From assembly GCA_038065355.1 (NCBI GenBank), contig JBBTRC010000007.1, positions 42,333 to 106,332 of the forward strand: a stretch of DNA of 64,000 bases. The letters are read 5' to 3'. Both the position numbers and the translations under genes were made by a program. The notes below the pieces were generated by a model. The model did not search any database and was not told the DNA's origin. It worked only from the letters and a program-made list of their open reading frames with translations. Position 1 is the stretch's first letter. Every line of letters begins with the position of its first letter. The stretch comes from Patescibacteria group bacterium (GTDB lineage Bacteria > Patescibacteriota > Minisyncoccia > Phycocordibacterales > UBA918). Below, piece by piece: positions 58,889 to 64,000 of the stretch.

Positions 58889-60007
58889 GTGGCCGCGAAT
58901 ACGTTTGACCGGATTATTATCGGAGCCGGTTTCGCTGGCTTGTCGGCCGCGTACCACTTCAGTCTACTCGGTGAACGGGTAGTGGTGCTCGACCGTGGTT
59001 CAGGAAAGGACAACGCCAGCTTCGCTTCAACAGCGGAAATGAACCATGACCCGGATGTCAATTGGGACAAAGTTATTGCTGTGCACGGACTCGAGGCCGC
59101 CAAAGACATTTGGCAATTGACCGAAAAAGCCATCGTGCTGCTGACAGCTTTTGCACACAGAGAGGGTAGCGAGCACTTTGAAGCCAAGCGCGTACCCGCG
59201 CACATGTTCAGCACGACCGCAGAGGGGAGAAGCGCGATTGAACACAAATACGGACGCTATCGGGCGCTTGGCGCAAAAGTGACGCTTGAATCTAATCCTC
59301 ACCTGCTCCATCCATCTTTCAAAGCCGCGCTCACGCTCGTGGGGGATGGGCGTACCAACAATCAGGCGATTTTGCGCACGCTTCGGCGAGCGGTAAAACA
59401 AAATGGCGGGATGGTTTATCACCAGAGGGAAGTGGAGCACATTGAGCCAGGGTCTCCGGTTCATGTGCATACCAGCCACGGCGAGGTGCTCTCTGCCCGG
59501 CGAGTCTTGGTGGCGACTGGTGATCAGTCAATTCCGAAGTTGAAGCGTTTTCCGATTGAGCGACAGCGCACGTACGTTGTTCGCTATGAGTCGCCGCGCT
59601 TAGCCGAGTTGTACCGCACCGCTATGATGTGGGATGTCGCCGAACCATTTCACTACATTCGCTCCTTTGCAGGGCGGCAACTGTGGGTTGGCGGCGAAGA
59701 TGCGCGGGCGGACTCGACGACAAAACACACCGAGTCACAAGCGCTCAAACGACTCCATGAATTTTCCAAGGAAGTGCTACGGCTTGATCGTTCATACACA
59801 CCAACCGGCCATTGGAGCGGGGTCTTTTTCCCGACCGCTCGTTCTCTGCCATACATTATTCCAGCTGATGAAAGCGGTATTGGGTACAGTATTGGTTTTG
59901 GCGGTTCGGGGTTACTGATGAGTTTTGTATCCGGCTACTTGCAAGCCAAGTGGGCGAAAAAACAAGAATCGCATTATCAGCATTTGTTCGCAGATGATCG
60001 AAGATGA
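58889..60007 (+). CDS. FAD-dependent oxidoreductase (DAO/PuuB-like)
   Basis: IIGAGFAGLSAAY, VLVATG and GFGGSG motifs. Confidence 0.85.
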   Translation: MAANTFDRIIIGAGFAGLSAAYHFSLLGERVVVLDRGSGKDNASFASTAEMNHDPDVNWDKVIAVHGLEAAKDIWQLTEKAIVLLTAFAHREGSEHFEAKRVPAHMFSTTAEGRSAIEHKYGRYRALGAKVTLESNPHLLHPSFKAALTLVGDGRTNNQAILRTLRRAVKQNGGMVYHQREVEHIEPGSPVHVHTSHGEVLSARRVLVATGDQSIPKLKRFPIERQRTYVVRYESPRLAELYRTAMMWDVAEPFHYIRSFAGRQLWVGGEDARADSTTKHTESQALKRLHEFSKEVLRLDRSYTPTGHWSGVFFPTARSLPYIIPADESGIGYSIGFGGSGLLMSFVSGYLQAKWAKKQESHYQHLFADDRR

Positions 60008-60106
60008 TCGAAGATGAAGAACACATGAAAGAAAAGCGGTACTACGTCGTAGTAACGAAAGGAGTAAACCGGTTTTTGTTCTTGCATCTTAAAGGAGGAG
60101 ATCTCT

Positions 60107-60547
60107 GTGACAGAACTTTCGTCTGGCCAGCCAGGTGAACGTTTCGTGCTACCGCACGATGAGATGGCGTTTCGTCGAGTCTACCGCGAGCTACTTGCTC
60201 GCGAAGCTATTACCACGGTCTTTCGGCCGGGCAAACGTCAGTGCGGCGACTGGCGCGGTTACTGTCCTGGTGACATTGTGACTGCAAAAGTGATTGCGGA
60301 GGTGGGTTTGGATCGCGCGCGCGTAGCGCCGATTTTCTTACCCGAACCGCGCAAAGTGATTCGAATCGATGAAGTTAAACTCGTTCGAATCGGTGACTTG
60401 GAGGCGCATGATTTCGTAAACGCAACTCCGGATGTGACATCAAAAGCCCAACTACAATGGCATCTTGGTCTTGTATACAACTTGGACAAAGAGACGCTTA
60501 GCGATGACACGCCTATCACAAAGATTACATTCAGCTACCAGCGCTAA
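60107..60547 (+). CDS. Possible ASCH/PUA-like domain protein
   Basis: MAF...Y...L.....TTVFRPG...Y..GD.V pattern and terminal ITFSY; SD AAGGAGG. Confidence 0.5.
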   Translation: MTELSSGQPGERFVLPHDEMAFRRVYRELLAREAITTVFRPGKRQCGDWRGYCPGDIVTAKVIAEVGLDRARVAPIFLPEPRKVIRIDEVKLVRIGDLEAHDFVNATPDVTSKAQLQWHLGLVYNLDKETLSDDTPITKITFSYQR

Positions 60548-60563
60548 CAAAGGAAAGGTCTCT

Positions 60564-61538
60564 ATGACACAACTATATCGCCTCGCAACACTGCCGCATG
60601 GCAACCCGAACTCGCTTGAAGATTTTGAAACGTACGACCTGACGCCGATCGACCACGAGTATCCCGGTCGCTTTGCGAAAAAAGCCAACCACGTGTTTCG
60701 TTCACTCGACCTACCGATTGGTTTTGCCATGGTGGTGGCTGACCCGAAGGAGGCAGATGCTGTCTATGATAATTTTCGTAAAGATCCAAAATATCGCGGT
60801 GGCGGAACCGGTTCTGGTTTTAAAAATAAAGCACCGGCCTTTCTCGACGTTTTGGATCCACTCGCACGTCGGATCGATGCCGTCAATGTGGTGGTCAAAA
60901 AGGATGGTGCACTCCACGGGTACAACACCGACGGTACGGGCTTTGTGTTCGGACTCAAGGAATTGTTCGCTTGGGAAAAAGACATACACTCTCTTATGGG
61001 TGCAAAAGTGTTGCTCGTTGGTGCCGGTGGCACTGCTGACGCTATTGCCTTTGCGCTCGCCGGTGAGCTTGTACAACTTGATATTGTCAACCGAACAGCT
61101 GAAAAAGCAGTCAAGCTGGCAGAACGCATCACCCACACGCTAGGTATACGAGCTACGGGTTACGGTGAAGACGCGCTTGCCAGGCTAGTGCCCGACGCAG
61201 ACATTATCATCAATGCCTCGACAAAAAGCGCCGAAGGTCCGCTCAAGGACTTTGCCGCCCTCTCATCCGCCGACGGCGATCTTGAGCACAATCTTCGCGA
61301 TAGTGAGCGAGTGATTGCGACAGCCAAACGCTCGGCGGTCGTGTGCGACGTGAATCTCCGCGATAGCGTGTCGCCCACGTTGTCTCTGGCCAAGCAGTAC
61401 GGGCTTCTGACACAGGACGGCCGAGCCATGAACTTCCACCAAGCGGTGGAGGCGCTCTGGCTCATTCATGCCGATGACTTTAGGACTCAGGAAGCAGATA
61501 AACGCACCGTTGCTCGACTCATTGAAGCGGTCTCATGA
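60564..61538 (+). CDS. Divergent shikimate dehydrogenase-family protein
   Basis: AVNVV, YNTDGTGF, GAGGTA, VNRT and INAS motifs; atypical substrate-domain motifs. Confidence 0.8.
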   Translation: MTQLYRLATLPHGNPNSLEDFETYDLTPIDHEYPGRFAKKANHVFRSLDLPIGFAMVVADPKEADAVYDNFRKDPKYRGGGTGSGFKNKAPAFLDVLDPLARRIDAVNVVVKKDGALHGYNTDGTGFVFGLKELFAWEKDIHSLMGAKVLLVGAGGTADAIAFALAGELVQLDIVNRTAEKAVKLAERITHTLGIRATGYGEDALARLVPDADIIINASTKSAEGPLKDFAALSSADGDLEHNLRDSERVIATAKRSAVVCDVNLRDSVSPTLSLAKQYGLLTQDGRAMNFHQAVEALWLIHADDFRTQEADKRTVARLIEAVS

Positions 61539-61592
61539 CTTCGTAAGTTAAAAAATATAGAAAACCGACGCCACACTGTGGCGTCGGTTTTT

Positions 61593-63047
61593 TCATTCAG
61601 CTTTTGTCACTTTTGGGCCGTGGGGAGTGTCCTCAAGCTGGTAGCCCTTCAGCTTGATGGCATCGCGCAGAGTATCAGCTTCGATCCAGTTGCGGGCGAT
61701 GCGGGTGGCTTCGCGGCGGTCAACGAGCTCTTGTATATCGGCTGGCAGTTCATCTGCCGCGACTACGCCGAGTGAACGCCGGCCGTCTTCTTGGTTTTCA
61801 GATAATCCGATATCGAGCACGTCATCCATGGCCATGAGGGTGCCGCATTTTGTGTGGTTATCGAGAGTGTTGTCGCGGATCATTTCCCACATGCATGCAA
61901 TGGCGCCGGGAGTGTCAAGATCGTTTGCGAGCATAAGGTCAAATTTTTCGAGATAGCGGGGTTCGGGGGCGCTGGCTTTTTGTTTAAATTCTTCGTACAT
62001 GTAGCGCTTCAGGCGGTAGAGCGCCTGCTTCGCTCCTTGGAGCGCGTCCCAGGAGAAGTTGATAGGGGAGCGGTAGTGGGCGGTGAGGAGCCAGTAGCGG
62101 TAGTCGTCACCGGAGAATCCCCGGTCCATGAGGTGGCGCAAGGTAATGCCATTGCCGAGCGACTTGGCGATTTTGGCGTTGTCGATAGTGATGAAAGCAT
62201 TGTGGAGCCAATACTTGGCAAAGTGTTTTCCGGTAGCGGCTTCACTTTGTGCAATCTCGGCGTTGTGATGAACCGGAATATGGTCGATGCCTCCGGTGTG
62301 GATGTCGATCTCTTTACCGAGCGTAGCCATCGCCATCGCTGAACATTCAATGTGCCAGCCGGGGAAGCCTTTACCCCAGCGGCTGTCCCAGCCAAGCTCA
62401 CCCTTTTTCCAGACGGCAAAGTCAGCCGGATGCCGCTTTTCGCTGTTGACCTCAACGCGCGCGCCGCTTTTAAGTTTTTGTACGTCGATTTTGCCTAAGC
62501 GCCCGTAGGTCGGGAATTTGGAAATGTCGAAATAAACACCGTCTCCCGTTTCGTAAGTGAAGCCCTTCTCATCGAGGGTCTTTATAAGTGCGATCTGTTT
62601 TTTAACGTACTCGCTGGCTCTGGCCCAAGTGGTCGGCGGCAAGATACGCAGTGCCTCCATATCGGCGAAGAACGCCTGAATGTACGTGTCGGAAAGCTGG
62701 CGCATCGCTTCGAGCGAAACCGGCAGCCCTTCTCGCATGAGACCTTTCATCATTTTGTCTTCGCCGGCATCACCATCGTCGGTAAGGTGGCCAAAGTCGG
62801 TGAGGTTGATGGTGTGTTTTACCAGATATCCACTTCGTACTAGAACGCGCTTTAAGATGTCGGCAAATACATAGGAGCGCAAGTTGCCGATGTGCGCGTA
62901 GTCGTAGACGGTCGGGCCGCAGCTGTACATGGTCACCTGCGGGCTACGGAGCGGCGTAAATACTTCAAGCTTGCCCGTTTCGGTATTAAAGAGTCGTATG
63001 TCCATGGCGACGGGAGGCGACGGTTTTTTGAAGAGATTTTGCAACAT
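61593..63047 (-). CDS. cysS: Cysteine--tRNA ligase
   Basis: CGPTVY, HIGN, GWHIECSAM and KIAKS motifs. Confidence 0.96.
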   Translation of the reverse strand: MLQNLFKKPSPPVAMDIRLFNTETGKLEVFTPLRSPQVTMYSCGPTVYDYAHIGNLRSYVFADILKRVLVRSGYLVKHTINLTDFGHLTDDGDAGEDKMMKGLMREGLPVSLEAMRQLSDTYIQAFFADMEALRILPPTTWARASEYVKKQIALIKTLDEKGFTYETGDGVYFDISKFPTYGRLGKIDVQKLKSGARVEVNSEKRHPADFAVWKKGELGWDSRWGKGFPGWHIECSAMAMATLGKEIDIHTGGIDHIPVHHNAEIAQSEAATGKHFAKYWLHNAFITIDNAKIAKSLGNGITLRHLMDRGFSGDDYRYWLLTAHYRSPINFSWDALQGAKQALYRLKRYMYEEFKQKASAPEPRYLEKFDLMLANDLDTPGAIACMWEMIRDNTLDNHTKCGTLMAMDDVLDIGLSENQEDGRRSLGVVAADELPADIQELVDRREATRIARNWIEADTLRDAIKLKGYQLEDTPHGPKVTKAE

Positions 63048-63143
63048 GGACTTCTAGTGTAGCAAATAACAGGCAAAACATCCTATCCCCCACTACAAAC
63101 ACCATTTTTTGGCGACTCTACGCCAGTGTGAGATAATGCCACT

Positions 63144-64000
63144 ATGTCGATTGAACATAATCCCAAAGAGAAAAAAAATAGTGCCATATTGGGGTATGGT
63201 TTGGCACTCGTTTTGGCCGCCGCCGCCTTCGTATCTGGTGTGCAGTTTGGCCAGCGCGAAATTCCTCTCAACGATCAGACGGCCGGTCTCTACAATTTAT
63301 TTTTTGGCCAAGAGGAGACGGTAGACCCATCAGACCGTCCAGACCTCTCCAAACTCTGGGAGGTGTGGGATTTGCTTGAAGAAAAATATGTGACGGCGAG
63401 TTCAACTGCCGGCGTTACAAAAGAGGAACGCATTGAGGGCGCTATCGAGGGTCTGGTTGACACCTACGGAGATCCCTATACGGTGTACTTACCTCCCGAG
63501 GAGGCGGCTCACTTCAATGAGGACATCTCCGGCAACTTCAGCGGTGTTGGTATGGAGGTGGGGCTACGCGACGGTCTTGTGACCATCATTGCGCCACTCC
63601 CAGAGACACCAGCCGCCAAGGCTGGCCTGCTCGCTGGCGACGTCATTGTCAAAATTGACGAGACTACCACCGAAGACATGCGCATTGACGAAGCGGTGCG
63701 GTTGATACGTGGAGAAAAGGGAACTGTTGTCATTTTGACCATTTTCCGCGAAGGCGAAGATGAATTTCTCACCATACCGGTGACCCGCGACACGATTGAA
63801 ATTCCCACCGTCAAAACCGAAAAAGTCGACGATACCTTTATCATCGCGCTCTACACTTTCAACGCCCTTTCTGAGCAAAAAATGAAAGATGCGCTTACCG
63901 ACTACCTACAAAGCGGCTCAACCAAACTCATTCTCGATCTGCGCGGTAACCCTGGCGGTTTTTTGCAAAGCGCCGTGGCTATCGGGAGCTATTTTCTGCC
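63144..64000 (+). CDS. S41 C-terminal processing peptidase (runs off the window end)
   Basis: N-terminal TM, GDPYT, FSGVGMEV (PDZ), IRGEKGT and ILDLRGNPGG motifs. Confidence 0.9.
   Translation, partial: MSIEHNPKEKKNSAILGYGLALVLAAAAFVSGVQFGQREIPLNDQTAGLYNLFFGQEETVDPSDRPDLSKLWEVWDLLEEKYVTASSTAGVTKEERIEGAIEGLVDTYGDPYTVYLPPEEAAHFNEDISGNFSGVGMEVGLRDGLVTIIAPLPETPAAKAGLLAGDVIVKIDETTTEDMRIDEAVRLIRGEKGTVVILTIFREGEDEFLTIPVTRDTIEIPTVKTEKVDDTFIIALYTFNALSEQKMKDALTDYLQSGSTKLILDLRGNPGGFLQSAVAIGSYFL

Noticed and set aside
59992-60020. GATGATCGAA short tandem repeat at the oxidoreductase stop
   Set aside because: About 2.5 copies of a 10-mer; likely slippage with no evident function
60025-60138. Possible aromatic-rich leader peptide before the SDH-like operon
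   Set aside because: No clear SD or attenuator hairpin, and it overlaps the next gene out of frame

Overview
A 64-kb chromosomal segment, most likely from a reduced-genome Patescibacteria/CPR (Parcubacteria-like) bacterium. This is inferred from truncated or degenerate core proteins and compact gene order. It carries housekeeping genes for translation (fmt, def, frr, proS, lysS, cysS, truB, rplU, tRNA-Glu), replication and repair (priA-like, holB-like, dnaB, recR, PIF1 helicase, alkA, rmuC), and cell wall and division (HTH-murA, two mreB, mreC, mrdA, mraZ-rsmH-ftsL-ftsI-murF). It also carries a VirD4/TrwB-like ATPase followed by two proline-rich proteins. The strongest unexplained pattern is two separate gene-expression grammars. 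Core genes look leaderless, with an (often extended) -10 box about 6-9 nt before the ATG and no Shine-Dalgarno (SD). About 15 stand-alone orphan 'cassette' genes are wedged between them, most with a TTGACA-16/17-TAnnnT promoter, a strong SD and a terminator. The cassettes include an HTH-sigma region-4 fusion, three diverged paralogues and several unannotated microproteins. Other notable items are a rod-shaped candidate ncRNA upstream of tRNA-Glu, an islet bounded by a duplicated cysS 3' end, and several inverted-repeat elements. No CRISPR array, rRNA, integrase or transposase was seen. All calls come from reading motifs by eye; no database search was run.
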